Part shown: positions 46,629 to 55,588 of the stretch, one piece after another
How the letters are laid out: every line of letters starts with the position of its first letter
How positions within the stretch are numbered: the stretch's first letter is position 1
Assembly: GCA_009692615.1 (NCBI GenBank)
Contig: SHYW01000004.1
Coordinates: 8,273-72,272, forward strand
DNA length: 64,000 nt
Source of the DNA: Deltaproteobacteria bacterium
GTDB taxonomy: Bacteria; Desulfobacterota; Binatia; UBA9968
Reading direction: 5' to 3'
Translations under genes and position numbers: made by a program
The notes under the pieces: generated by a model
Seen by the model: only the letters and a program-made list of their open reading frames with translations
The model's database searches: none
Told to the model about the DNA's origin: nothing

Positions 46629-46780
46629 TCCTCACCACGAGTGAGGGCCATCACGTCCGGCAGAGCGTCGCCCCGCGCCCGCTTGAGTCAGGCTTCGGCA
46701 GCCAGCGACGCGGCGAGTTCGTCCACTTGCGGTGTCGGTAAATGCTCAATAGCGGTTTCAATTTCAGCGATAGTGCTCAT
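46625..46780 (-). pseudogene. VapB-like antitoxin with an in-frame TGA
   Basis: MSTIAEIETAIEHLPTPQVDELAASLAAEA-TGA-LKRARGDALPDVMALTRGEE. The two halves together have normal antitoxin length. Confidence 0.4.
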
Positions 46781-46865
46781 AGGCAAAAGTCTAGCATCGC
46801 ATCGGAGAAACCGTCAACAAGCCCGGCCTCTGCGCCGCGATGTTGCATCGCGGTTAGCGCAGGCG

Positions 46866-46896
46866 TCGGCTTACGCTGCGCTAACCCGACCTACCG
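46866..46896. repeat. repeat family C copy 3
   Basis: gtcggcttacgctgcgctaacccgacctaccgg. Confidence 0.5.
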
Positions 46897-46899
46897 GCT

Positions 46900-47303
46900 T
46901 TACTCTTCTACCAGCGTGATATTTACCAACCACTGATGCGCATCGCTGGCTTCTCCACGAGAGGTGGTGACAGCTAAACCGACAGCGGTGGCCGGCCCTT
47001 GCTCAAATGTCTCGTTGCCGTGGTTCGATGCATGGACTTTCCATTGTTGGGTGTGTATGCCCGTGCAGTTGAACAGCGTGCGGCCCTCTGCCACGGCCCC
47101 AGTTGAACGCTGAGTTACCGCCACTCGTAGAGACGCCCTCTCCCCCTTAGTGCACTCAATTGGCCCGGTCACAATGATATGGCGACCGTTGTCAGTCATA
47201 ATGGCGACCGGGTCGATGGTGTTATATGTAACCCTTGCGAAGACTAGAGATGCGCCCCCCCCGCAAAGGTCAGGACGATGGCAGCCGACATGAGACGGTT
47301 CAT
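46900..47303 (-). pseudogene. secreted hypothetical protein gene split by a G8 homopolymer frameshift (signal peptide and mature part in different frames)
   Basis: ATG..MNRLMSAAIVLTFAGGAHL-stop in one frame. The ORF 46900-47199 (MTDNGRHIIVTG..) continues upstream, in the adjacent frame, straight through the C8/G8 run at 47255-47262. A +1 G fuses the two. Confidence 0.4.
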
Positions 47304-47412
47304 GCGCTTTTGGGTTGGTTGAGCAAACATGGTTAGTGTTCCATTCTGTCGATGTTGAAGTCGAACGTGTAGCGCCTTTATCGCCAACGGCTAGCGGTAG
47401 TCAAGAGCCGTA

Positions 47413-47450
47413 CCGTAGGTCGGTTATGCTGAACGCTAACCCGACCCACG
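47413..47450. repeat. repeat family C copy 4
   Basis: ccgtaggtcggttatgctgaacgctaacccgacccacg. Confidence 0.5.
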
Positions 47451-47589
47451 ACGGTGGGAGAGCAAGGCTGGTGTGCTCATCGACGAAAAAAAAGGGCGCA
47501 GCATGCTGCGCCCTTACAACCCTGATATTTGTTCCGACCCTTTGCGTACTTTGCGCCCCGATCGCCCTGAGCATCGTCGAAGGATGCGG

Positions 47590-47967
47590 CTAATTTTTCT
47601 TCTCTTCCACCGGCGCCGCGCCCTGCCAGTGGCCGACATCGACGATAATGCCCTCCGGCCCTTTATATTTATCTTCGTAGTAGGCTGTGCCGAGATTCAC
47701 CGCGCCAGCTTTTTCCGCGCCCGCCGCTTCTAACGCCTTAAACTACTCCTGATCGTTGTCCGTGGAGAAGCCGATGTGGTCGATGCCGGCTTGGCCGCCC
47801 GTACCGGCGGCGAGCGGAAGAACCGTGATGTTGACCGAACCGTCGCTCAGATCGATGGCGTTGTTCTTGCGCTTCTGGATCAACTTCATGCCCATGGCGT
47901 CGACAAAAAAATTAGCCATCGCGTCCACGTCCACCGCACGGTAAGCAATGTGTCTGATTTTAGCCAT
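47590..47967 (-). pseudogene. VOC/glyoxalase family gene interrupted by an in-frame TAG (amber) codon
   Basis: MAKIRHIAYRAVDVD..GIDHIGFSTDNDQE-TAG-FKALEAAGAEKAG..VDVGHWQGAAPVEEKKN. The two halves share one frame and together make a normal ~125-aa VOC protein. GGAGG ribosome-binding site. Confidence 0.5.
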
Positions 47968-48032
47968 GATCGGCCTCCAAAAAAATATTTGGCGTCTAAG
48001 GTTCAACTCTCGACGCTAGACTCGGAATAATT

Positions 48033-48536
48033 CTATCCGCCGTAGAAGACTTTGTCGCCCAAATCGCGCATCGCCAAGATCGCATCGTCAGGCCGCCCGG
48101 CTGGCGCCACAGCAACGCCGGCATCTTTCACTTCGCCGACAAAGATCGAGTGATCGCCCATCTCGACGGTGTTGACCAGCGTGCACTCAACGAACGCCGG
48201 CGCCTTCTCCAAGATCGGCGCGCCCAACGAACCTTTGCGGAACGCTTCGCCGCCAATCGTGTTGCCGTCCCGCTCAAGCGGTTTGAAAAAAGTAAAAGCC
48301 TGACCCTTCTGATCTTTGCCCAACATGTTGAGGGCAAAGACCTTCGACTCTTTGATCAGCGCGTGCGCACCCGAGTCGGTCTTCACAGCGACCACCACCA
48401 GCGGCGGCGCAAACGCCGTCTGGGTCACCCAGTTGACCGTCGAAGCGGCCACCTTGCCGTCTTTTCCTTCAGCGGTAAGAACGTAAATCCCGTAGGGGAT
48501 CATCCGCAACGCGGTTTTCTTCGCATCAGCATCCAT
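48033..48536 (-). CDS. flavin reductase family protein (FMN-binding split barrel)
   Basis: ..IPYGIYVLTAEGKDGKVAASTVNWVTQ.. is typical of HpaC-like flavin reductases. Confidence 0.75.
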   Translation of the reverse strand: MDADAKKTALRMIPYGIYVLTAEGKDGKVAASTVNWVTQTAFAPPLVVVAVKTDSGAHALIKESKVFALNMLGKDQKGQAFTFFKPLERDGNTIGGEAFRKGSLGAPILEKAPAFVECTLVNTVEMGDHSIFVGEVKDAGVAVAPAGRPDDAILAMRDLGDKVFYGG

Positions 48537-48646
48537 AATTTTATCCTTTCAATTTCGATCTGCCGAATCGGCGAAGCGATTCTATGGGAGAGTAACCGAT
48601 TGCGCAAGCGCAAGCCGCGTCATGTCGCATTTTGAACCTTCGAATT

Positions 48647-48740
48647 CCCTCGCCCTCTGGGAGAGGGCTAGGGTGAGGGCGTACGAAAAATTCAAACCCT
48701 CACCCCCCGCCCTCTCCCATCGGAATGGGCGAGGGAGCCG
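48647..48740. repeat. repeat family D full palindromic copy
   Basis: ccctcgccctctgggagagggctagggtgaggg ..spacer.. ccctcaccccccgccctctcccatcggaatgggcgaggg, with the arms mutually reverse-complementary. Confidence 0.55.
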
Positions 48741-48770
48741 GGAAAAGCATCGCTGGCTGGTTCTATTGGC

Positions 48771-49328
48771 CTACAAACGAAACGCCACGGTGGCGAAAAC
48801 ATTACCGTTGACCTCGAAGCTCCCGACATCGGTCATCCCCAAACCCGCGACGTGGGCATCCATCGAGTGTTGGTTGGCGCGTGCGATCAGCGCGACGCCG
48901 ACTTCGAACCGCCCTGCCAGGTCTCGTTTCTGCGCTTCGAACAAGCCGCGCAAAAGTCCTTGGCGCCGATGAACGCGGTCGATGCACACCGGACCGTAGG
49001 CATAGGATTTGTAAGTATTGAGCAGCTGGCCGTCAAAGCGCAGGCGATCGTAGGATTCGATCATCTTGGCGACCACGGGCGAACCATGGTTGAATTCGTT
49101 GCGAAAGGCGCAGAGAAATCCGGCGAGCTGGCCATCGACAATCGCCACCGTCGTGCCCAAATCTTCCGCCATGGCGGCGGTCTGATCCAACGTAAATACC
49201 GCCGAGAGAAATCCATCCGCGCGCTCATCGGCGGCAAGATTGGTGATGAAGTTGGCGGCGTTGAGCTGCACGATGGCCGGATAATCCGCCGGCAACGCGC
49301 GGCGATAATCAGTAGCACCCATAATCAT
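48771..49328 (-). CDS. GNAT family N-acetyltransferase
   Basis: ..CIDRVHRRQGLLRGLFE.. acetyl-CoA-binding motif A-like. Confidence 0.65.
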   Translation of the reverse strand: MIMGATDYRRALPADYPAIVQLNAANFITNLAADERADGFLSAVFTLDQTAAMAEDLGTTVAIVDGQLAGFLCAFRNEFNHGSPVVAKMIESYDRLRFDGQLLNTYKSYAYGPVCIDRVHRRQGLLRGLFEAQKRDLAGRFEVGVALIARANQHSMDAHVAGLGMTDVGSFEVNGNVFATVAFRL

Positions 49329-49768
49329 CTCGCTCGGAACAAAGCTATCAGCCAAAACACCGCACCGTAGGCGACTCCGGTAATCAGGGGTAATGCCCAC
49401 TGCATGACTTGAAAGACAACGCGGCCATTCGCCTCGACAGTATTTCTACTATTGAACACGATGTCCCAAATTGACTGGATACAGTAAGCTACAATACCCG
49501 AAACAATACATGAGAGCAGCGTCCATCCGAAAATAGATCGGCATAACAGAAATACCGGCACAGGGATAAATAGAACCCAGTAATCAAATGACAGCGCACC
49601 TATCCCGTCAGAAAAGCTGAAGCAAACAAGGGCTAACGAACTAGAAATAATCAAAGCCAGTAGCGGTGACATTACAAACGCTAGTATGATTCGAATCCAG
49701 GTCATTACCTTCTCCAGAAATACTCGCGTGAACTCAGGAGCAATCACTCCATGACTACGCCGCGTCAT
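49325..49768 (-). CDS. hypothetical integral membrane protein (AT-richer segment)
   Basis: Four TM helices. The ORF-track N-terminal 75 aa are Arg/Gly-rich and probably untranslated. Confidence 0.35.
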   Translation of the reverse strand: MTRRSHGVIAPEFTRVFLEKVMTWIRIILAFVMSPLLALIISSSLALVCFSFSDGIGALSFDYWVLFIPVPVFLLCRSIFGWTLLSCIVSGIVAYCIQSIWDIVFNSRNTVEANGRVVFQVMQWALPLITGVAYGAVFWLIALFRAR

Positions 49769-50096
49769 CAGGCGGTCCCTGCCGTGAACGCCTACCGACC
49801 GCCGCGGTAAAACTTGGCCGCTTCGGTATCGGCATCGCCAACGCGCCGCCATAGGGCCCGCCGTTCCACCAGCCGCTTTCGCGCAGATACCATTCCGCCT
49901 CGGCCTGAAACTTCCTCGCTTTCCCGCCGGCACCGCGCCGCCTGTAACAATCGGCCAAGCGCCAGCAACGATCGCCGAGATAATAGCAAACATCTGCGTT
50001 GGGTTCGCCGCTCCTGCCGGCTTTAGCGATGACTAAAAGCAAGTGAGCCACCATGATATCGATCCATAACCGTAGAGCCGTCGAAAGTTCTTTCAT
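49755..50096 (-). CDS. hypothetical protein
   Basis: MKELSTALRLWIDIMVAHLLLVIAKAG.. overlaps the downstream membrane protein start by 14 nt. Confidence 0.3.
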   Translation of the reverse strand: MKELSTALRLWIDIMVAHLLLVIAKAGRSGEPNADVCYYLGDRCWRLADCYRRRGAGGKARKFQAEAEWYLRESGWWNGGPYGGALAMPIPKRPSFTAAVGRRSRQGPPDDAA

Positions 50097-50129
50097 ACGC
50101 ACTCCTACGTCCCAGCTATCCCAACTAAA

Positions 50130-50639
50130 TTATTTCGGAACGGGCCGCTCCGGCGAACCCTCGCCAGTCCCACCGCTGAACCACTTAAATAGCTCCGCGC
50201 ATAAGCCACCGAGCAGGCCGGCGGGGATCAGTGCGGCAAGTGACAAACCGATGAACCATTCGGGCATATCGCTTTCCTTGGCGATGAGCTGCATGAATAG
50301 GCCGAACAGCACCGACCCGACGGCGACCAAGCCGCCATGTTTCATCTCAAGCACTCCCGCCTTATAAGCCGCGTAAAAACCGCCGATTGCCGTACCCAAG
50401 CAACCGAGCAGCAGACTCGCCAACAAACCTTCGCTGGTGAGTAAATAGGCGGCCATCGCTTGCTCATTGGTCGCTGCCCCCTTGCCGATAGCAAAGGCAA
50501 AGTAGAGTTCGAACAAGACATAGCTTGAGATGGTGTCGAGCATCACGCCGGTGACCACTGGGCGTAGTTGAATGCCGGTGAAAAAGCCAGTGGGTTCGAT
50601 GGCGGCGGGGGCTTCGGATTGGCGCGGATCGTATTGCAT
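50130..50639 (-). CDS. hypothetical integral membrane protein
   Basis: 169 aa with about five TM helices. Confidence 0.4.
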   Translation of the reverse strand: MQYDPRQSEAPAAIEPTGFFTGIQLRPVVTGVMLDTISSYVLFELYFAFAIGKGAATNEQAMAAYLLTSEGLLASLLLGCLGTAIGGFYAAYKAGVLEMKHGGLVAVGSVLFGLFMQLIAKESDMPEWFIGLSLAALIPAGLLGGLCAELFKWFSGGTGEGSPERPVPK

Positions 50640-50800
50640 GAGGTGCTAGTTCTTTCTGCGATCGAGGTTGCGATTAAATGATTGCGCGGTCCGACCGATA
50701 TTCTGAATTAGGAAGCAGCATGATGTCATCGGCAAAAATCCTCAAGCCCGATACGCCGCCCAAACGACGCGCGCCGCACTTCCCGGCGCTGCGTTCTCGA

Positions 50801-51214
50801 CTACGCCTTTGGCTGTTTCCAGCGCGGCACCTTCTTGCGATTTGGCATGCCGTCGCCAAGCAGCGTCCGGCCGCCGAGCGGAAACTTTTTCGGCGGCACC
50901 GCGCCTAGGATCATAAAGACCACGTCTTTTTTCGAATCGTTGCCGATGGCGCACCAGACAGTGGCCGCCACCCGCACCGCCGTTCCCTCCGGCATTTTGA
51001 TCCGTTTACCGTTGAGTATTATCGTGCCGTCGCCTTTGAGGGCGATGAAAACTTCTTCCTGAACCTTGTGGCGGTGCACGTAGGTCGCGCCCTGGCCGGG
51101 CTTGATGCGCACGTAACTAAAGCCCACGCCTTTGCAGCCCATGGGTCTGGAAAGAAATTCCTTCTCGACCACTTTGCCGATGGGCATGAAGATCTTGCTG
51201 TAACCGGTTGCCAT
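50801..51214 (-). CDS. cupin domain protein
   Basis: ..GATYVHRHKVQEEVFIALKGDGTIILNG.. conserved cupin motifs. Confidence 0.65.
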   Translation of the reverse strand: MATGYSKIFMPIGKVVEKEFLSRPMGCKGVGFSYVRIKPGQGATYVHRHKVQEEVFIALKGDGTIILNGKRIKMPEGTAVRVAATVWCAIGNDSKKDVVFMILGAVPPKKFPLGGRTLLGDGMPNRKKVPRWKQPKA

Positions 51215-51313
51215 ACTTCCTCCTCGCCCGCGATATTGTCGGCGCGGTTGACTTGCACCCGACTATCAGGAAAATAACTTTTCACAGGGGCGAAAGGCAA
51301 CCGATCCCGCGAA

Positions 51314-51751
51314 ATGTTTCATCGCTACGACTACGAAGCGGAGTTTTACCCGGACTTGAGCCGCTTGCCGCTCGATTTGCGCCGCAAGCTCGATGTCACC
51401 GGCGTCAAGCTTGGGCTCAAAGATTGGCTGGCGCTGAGCTTCGAAGAGCGCAGCGTGCTTTGCCATCTGCCCTGCGACAACGCGGAAGAATGTCAAGTCT
51501 TCGCCAACTATCTCGACTTTCTGTCGCACAAATATCGCAATGAACCAATCAGCCGCATCGCGCCCAGCGATCCTGCGCTGTGGAGTGAATTATCGGTGCC
51601 GCATGCGGTACGCGAACGGAGCGACGCCGTCACCGTCGATCGCTGGCGCGGCTGGCCGTCTCATGATCGCTATGCGCTCTACAAAACCGCAACATCCAAA
51701 AGCCAACCCGATGCCTTCGAGCTGGTCTTGAAGCAACTCTCTGGCAACTAA
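51314..51751 (+). CDS. nitrate reductase associated protein (TIGR02664-like)
   Basis: MFHRYDYEAEFYPDLSRLPLDLRRKLDVTGVKLGLKDWLALSFEER matches the family N-terminus as I recall it. Confidence 0.5.
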   Translation: MFHRYDYEAEFYPDLSRLPLDLRRKLDVTGVKLGLKDWLALSFEERSVLCHLPCDNAEECQVFANYLDFLSHKYRNEPISRIAPSDPALWSELSVPHAVRERSDAVTVDRWRGWPSHDRYALYKTATSKSQPDAFELVLKQLSGN

Positions 51752-51949
51752 CGCCTACCAACTAAAAACTGCCGTGAAATCCAACGACACGCTGCTCTGG
51801 CGCATCGTTCCCTGCGATCTCAAACGTGTTAATTTAGCGCCGCGACAATCCGGTCTTCAGCGAACCGGACTACAATGCCGAAGTGTGACTAAAAAGGCGT
51901 GAGAAAATTTCGAGAATTGTCGCTGGGGAATTGCTATAGTAAGCTCACT

Positions 51950-52093
51950 TGGTCGCAGCGAGTCGATTCAAAATTTGCCGATCAACCAGTCTGCGTGCTG
52001 TCTAGAGAACTCTTGATCAAAAACAAGCTGACAGCGGCAAGACCGCAGGACCTAGCCGATGTCGAAAGATTAAAAAGAAAAATCACCTCATAA
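51950..52093 (+). pseudogene. C-terminal fragment of a nucleotidyltransferase-fold paralog
   Basis: ..CVLSRELLIKNKLTAARPQDLADVERLKRKITS aligns with the C-terminus of 46033-46497 (..FFLSRDLLIKNKRAANRDKDLGDIKLLEK..). No NTase core lies upstream. Confidence 0.35.
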
Positions 52094-52107
52094 CGAAAGA
52101 CTGACCT

Positions 52108-52551
52108 TTGTCGCTAACGATTTTTTTCATAATGGTCGCCGCGGCCGCACTGAGCGGCGCACAATTTGGTCCAGGCCCATGGTACATGGCGTTGCACAAA
52201 CCCGCTTGGACTCCACCGAACTGGCTCTTCGCACCGGTTTGGACGGCGCTGTATATCGCCATTGCCGTTGCCGGTTGGTCTCTGTGGCGTTCCAAAGCTA
52301 TTAGCATCACCAAACCCATCCTGATTTGGTTACTGCAGTTGATTCTAAACGCTCTCTGGTCATGGCTCTTCTTTGGACTGCACCGCCCAGATCTCGCATT
52401 GATCGATATCATCGCGTTGCTGGCGGCGATCTGCTGCTTTATCGCGACGGCCCACAAAGCTAGCCAAACCGCCGCGTGGCTATTTCTTCCCTATGCCCTT
52501 TGGGTGGCAATTGCCGCGGCGCTAAATTTGGCGATCTGGCGGCTGAACTAA
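52108..52551 (+). CDS. tspO: TspO/MBR family tryptophan-rich sensory protein
   Basis: ..FGPGPWYMALHKPAWTPPNWLFAPVWTALY.. Trp-rich with five TM helices. TTG start, or ATG at 52132. Confidence 0.8.
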   Translation: MSLTIFFIMVAAAALSGAQFGPGPWYMALHKPAWTPPNWLFAPVWTALYIAIAVAGWSLWRSKAISITKPILIWLLQLILNALWSWLFFGLHRPDLALIDIIALLAAICCFIATAHKASQTAAWLFLPYALWVAIAAALNLAIWRLN

Positions 52552-52584
52552 CAAACATTCAGTGACACATGGCAGAGGTTTCAA

Positions 52585-53733
52585 ATGACTGAAATGCTTT
52601 TCCCGCGCTTCTCGGAAACTGAATACGGGCGCCGTTACGACGCCATCCGCGATGCCATGAAAAGAGAAAACCTCGACGCACTGTTGATCTCCGGTGCGCG
52701 CGGCTCGTCGGAGGTCGCCTATCTCTCGAACTACCAAGCGCAGTCGCCCTGCTGGATGATATTTCCGCGCGAAGGCGATGCCACGGTCTTGATCCATTAT
52801 TTCAATCATCAACCTTGCGCCAAAGCGCAGTCGATCGTCGACGATGTCCGATGGTACGGGCCGACGCCGATGCCGACGTTGGTCGAAGAGATTCGCAAGC
52901 GCGGACTGAGCAAAAGCAAAATCGGCCTGGTCAGCATGCGCGCCATGGCGTACGGCAGCGTGACCGAATTGCTGCGCCAGTTTCCAGAAGCGGATTTCGT
53001 CGAGTTCGGCCCGCAGTTCGGCAGAATACGCCGCGTGCGCAGCGAAGCAGAGCTGGTCTATCTTCGCAAAAGCGGCTATCTCACCGACCTCGCTTGCGAA
53101 GCGTTGGAAAACAACCTACGGCCCGGCCTGACGGAACAAGATGTTCTCTCGATCGTCTACAACGCCTACGTGAAAAACGGCGGCGATCCGGGCATCCACT
53201 TCATCGCGTCAACGAACATGGACAACCCCGACCGCTTCGTCCCCTGGCAGCGTCAGACATCACGCGTGCTCGAAAAAGGTAGCATCGTCATCACCGAACT
53301 CACCGTCAGTTACTGGGGCTACTCGACGCAAATCCATCGCCCCTTCGCGATCGGCAAAGAACCTGCGCCGATTTACCGCAAACTCTTCGACGCCGCCTAC
53401 GAATGCTACGAAAGCGTGCGCAAAGTTTGCAAACCCGGCACCACTAGCGAACAGATCGTCGCGGCAACATCAGCCATCGAAGATAACGGATTCACCAGCT
53501 ATGACAGCGTCTTTCACGGCGAAGCCGGTAAATCTCCCGAGCTTGGCACGAAATCAGCAACTCATCCGCTAGAAAAATGGACGCTCGAAGAAAACATGGT
53601 TCATGTCATTCAACCCAATCCGGTCACCAAAGATTTTACGGCGGGCTTGCAGCTCGGCGCCGCCGTCGTGGTAAAACCGAATGGCGGCGAGGCGCTGCAC
53701 GACTATCCGTTTAAATTTTCCGTATGCGGGTGA
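52585..53733 (+). CDS. M24 family metallopeptidase (creatinase/prolidase-like)
   Basis: 382 aa, creatinase N-domain plus pita-bread catalytic domain. Confidence 0.75.
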   Translation: MTEMLFPRFSETEYGRRYDAIRDAMKRENLDALLISGARGSSEVAYLSNYQAQSPCWMIFPREGDATVLIHYFNHQPCAKAQSIVDDVRWYGPTPMPTLVEEIRKRGLSKSKIGLVSMRAMAYGSVTELLRQFPEADFVEFGPQFGRIRRVRSEAELVYLRKSGYLTDLACEALENNLRPGLTEQDVLSIVYNAYVKNGGDPGIHFIASTNMDNPDRFVPWQRQTSRVLEKGSIVITELTVSYWGYSTQIHRPFAIGKEPAPIYRKLFDAAYECYESVRKVCKPGTTSEQIVAATSAIEDNGFTSYDSVFHGEAGKSPELGTKSATHPLEKWTLEENMVHVIQPNPVTKDFTAGLQLGAAVVVKPNGGEALHDYPFKFSVCG

Positions 53734-53755
53734 AATCGATTTATGAAAAAACGTA

Positions 53756-54400
53756 ATGACTGAACCAACCGTCGAAATTCTCGCCTTCGACGTTTTCGGC
53801 GCCGTCGTCGATTGGCGCTCAAGCGTAATCGCCGAAATCGAACAGCTCGCCAAAGCCAAAGGTCTCGACATCGACTGTGCCGCCTTCGCTGACGCTTGGC
53901 GGGCGATTTATCGGCCCTACATGGACAAAGTGCAGAACGGCGAACTGCCGTGGACGAAGTTGGACGATCTCCATCGCATGATGCTCGCCGAGACGCTGAA
54001 AAAGTTCGACATACTGAAACTCAGCGATGACGAGAAAGAAAATCTCAATCGCGTCTGGCATCGGCTCAACCCCTGGCCGGATTCCGTGCCGGGACTGCAA
54101 CGGCTGAAATCGAGATTCGTCATCACGACGCTGTCCAACGGTAATATTTCGCTATTAACAAACATGGCCAAACACGCCGGCCTGCCGTGGGATTGCATCC
54201 TATCGGCGGAAAACGTGCGCCGCTACAAACCGGCGCCGGAAGTCTATCTATTACCGCTCCGACTCTTCGATCTCAAACCCGAAGAGGTCATGATGGTCGC
54301 CGCGCATGAACATGATCTGCAATCCGCGAGTAAACATGGACTGCGCACGGCATATGTACATCGGCGGATGGACCGTGGACAGGGAAAAGAATCGGCCTAG
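53756..54400 (+). CDS. HAD family hydrolase (haloacid dehalogenase type II-like)
   Basis: ILAFDVFGAVVDW motif I, and ..SNGN.. motif II. Confidence 0.7.
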   Translation: MTEPTVEILAFDVFGAVVDWRSSVIAEIEQLAKAKGLDIDCAAFADAWRAIYRPYMDKVQNGELPWTKLDDLHRMMLAETLKKFDILKLSDDEKENLNRVWHRLNPWPDSVPGLQRLKSRFVITTLSNGNISLLTNMAKHAGLPWDCILSAENVRRYKPAPEVYLLPLRLFDLKPEEVMMVAAHEHDLQSASKHGLRTAYVHRRMDRGQGKESA

Positions 54401-54483
54401 CCCCCGGCAGGAAGATTCGACATCTTAACCGCTGACTTTTTAGATCTTGCCAAGCAACTTGGCGTTTAACCGAAGGAGCTATC

Positions 54484-55479
54484 TTGTTTGCACGAGCTTT
54501 GACAATCGTTTTAATTCTAGCTTTCTCCGTCCTCGGACTAGGCCGCGCAGAAGCCCAGCGCCTGCGCGCCGCCAGCGGCGGGCTTTCGGTGATCCATTCG
54601 CTGCTCTGGGTCACCTACGACCAGAAGCTTTTGAAAAAGTACGGATTCGATTTGGAATACATCGCCATCGAGAACGGCACGGTGGGCATGCAGGCATTGA
54701 TTGCCAACGAAGCGCAGTTTCTTTTTTCCACCTCGTCCCTCGCCGTGAGCGCCAACCTACGAGGCTCGGACATCGCCGTGGTCGGCGGCGGATTGAACTT
54801 CATTCCCGACAAACTGATCGTCCGACCGGAGATCAAGCAGCCGGAAGATCTCGCCGGCAAACGTTTGGCGATCAGCCGCTTCGGCTCGTCGTCCGAAGTC
54901 AGCGCCAAGCTCACGCTGGAAAAAGTCGGCGTCAAACCGGAAAGTGTTTCGTTGATTCAGCTAGGCGGCGTTTCCACGCGCCAAGCGGCATTGATGGCCG
55001 GCCAAGTCCAAGCGACGATTTTGAGCGATCCCCAGGCGACGGCGGCGGTCAATGCCGGCATGAAACTTTGGGTCGACTTATCCGAGAGCAAATGGGGCCT
55101 GCCGCGCTTTTGCTTCAACTGCTTCATGGCGAAGCGGAGCTTTCTCGAATCGAATCGCGCCGCCGCCATCGGCTTTCTCAAGGCGGTGATCGAAGGACTC
55201 TATCTGCTTAAAAAAGACAAACCTCTCGGCGTACGGCTGATCAAGAAATATTTGCGTCTGAACGACGAAGCGGCGTCCATCGGTTACGACTTCTATATCG
55301 CCAAACATGGCGAAGGTCTGCTCAGTCTGCCGGAGCGCAAGGGAATGGAATTTGTCATCGCCGAAACCGCCAAAACCAATCCCGCCGCGGCCAAGGCGAC
55401 GCCGGAAAGTCAGCGCCTGGTGGAAGGAAGCTTGCTAGATGAGATTAAAGCCAGCGGCTTTGTCGAGCGCTTCAAGTAA
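54484..55479 (+). CDS. NMT1/THI5/SsuA-like substrate-binding protein
   Basis: Signal peptide, and ..LAGKRLAISRFGSSSE.. Confidence 0.7.
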   Translation: MFARALTIVLILAFSVLGLGRAEAQRLRAASGGLSVIHSLLWVTYDQKLLKKYGFDLEYIAIENGTVGMQALIANEAQFLFSTSSLAVSANLRGSDIAVVGGGLNFIPDKLIVRPEIKQPEDLAGKRLAISRFGSSSEVSAKLTLEKVGVKPESVSLIQLGGVSTRQAALMAGQVQATILSDPQATAAVNAGMKLWVDLSESKWGLPRFCFNCFMAKRSFLESNRAAAIGFLKAVIEGLYLLKKDKPLGVRLIKKYLRLNDEAASIGYDFYIAKHGEGLLSLPERKGMEFVIAETAKTNPAAAKATPESQRLVEGSLLDEIKASGFVERFK

Positions 55480-55588
55480 TCGATCCAAGCGAAAAGCAGA
55501 TGGCAAATCACCGACTCTTTCACCCAGCGATCCCTACAAATAGAGAAGTCTGCGCGCCATTGTCGGTAGAACCAAGAAAGGTGGGCGC

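Noticed and set aside
46641-46936. Plus-strand ORFs 46641-46919 and 46742-46936
   Set aside because: They are antisense to the vapB-like remnant and repeat copy 3. Their translations are low-complexity Ala/Ser runs.
45600-48010. Stop-codon reassignment as the explanation for in-frame TGA and TAG
   Set aside because: Two different stop codons are affected, and both are used as genuine terminators by dozens of neighbouring genes.
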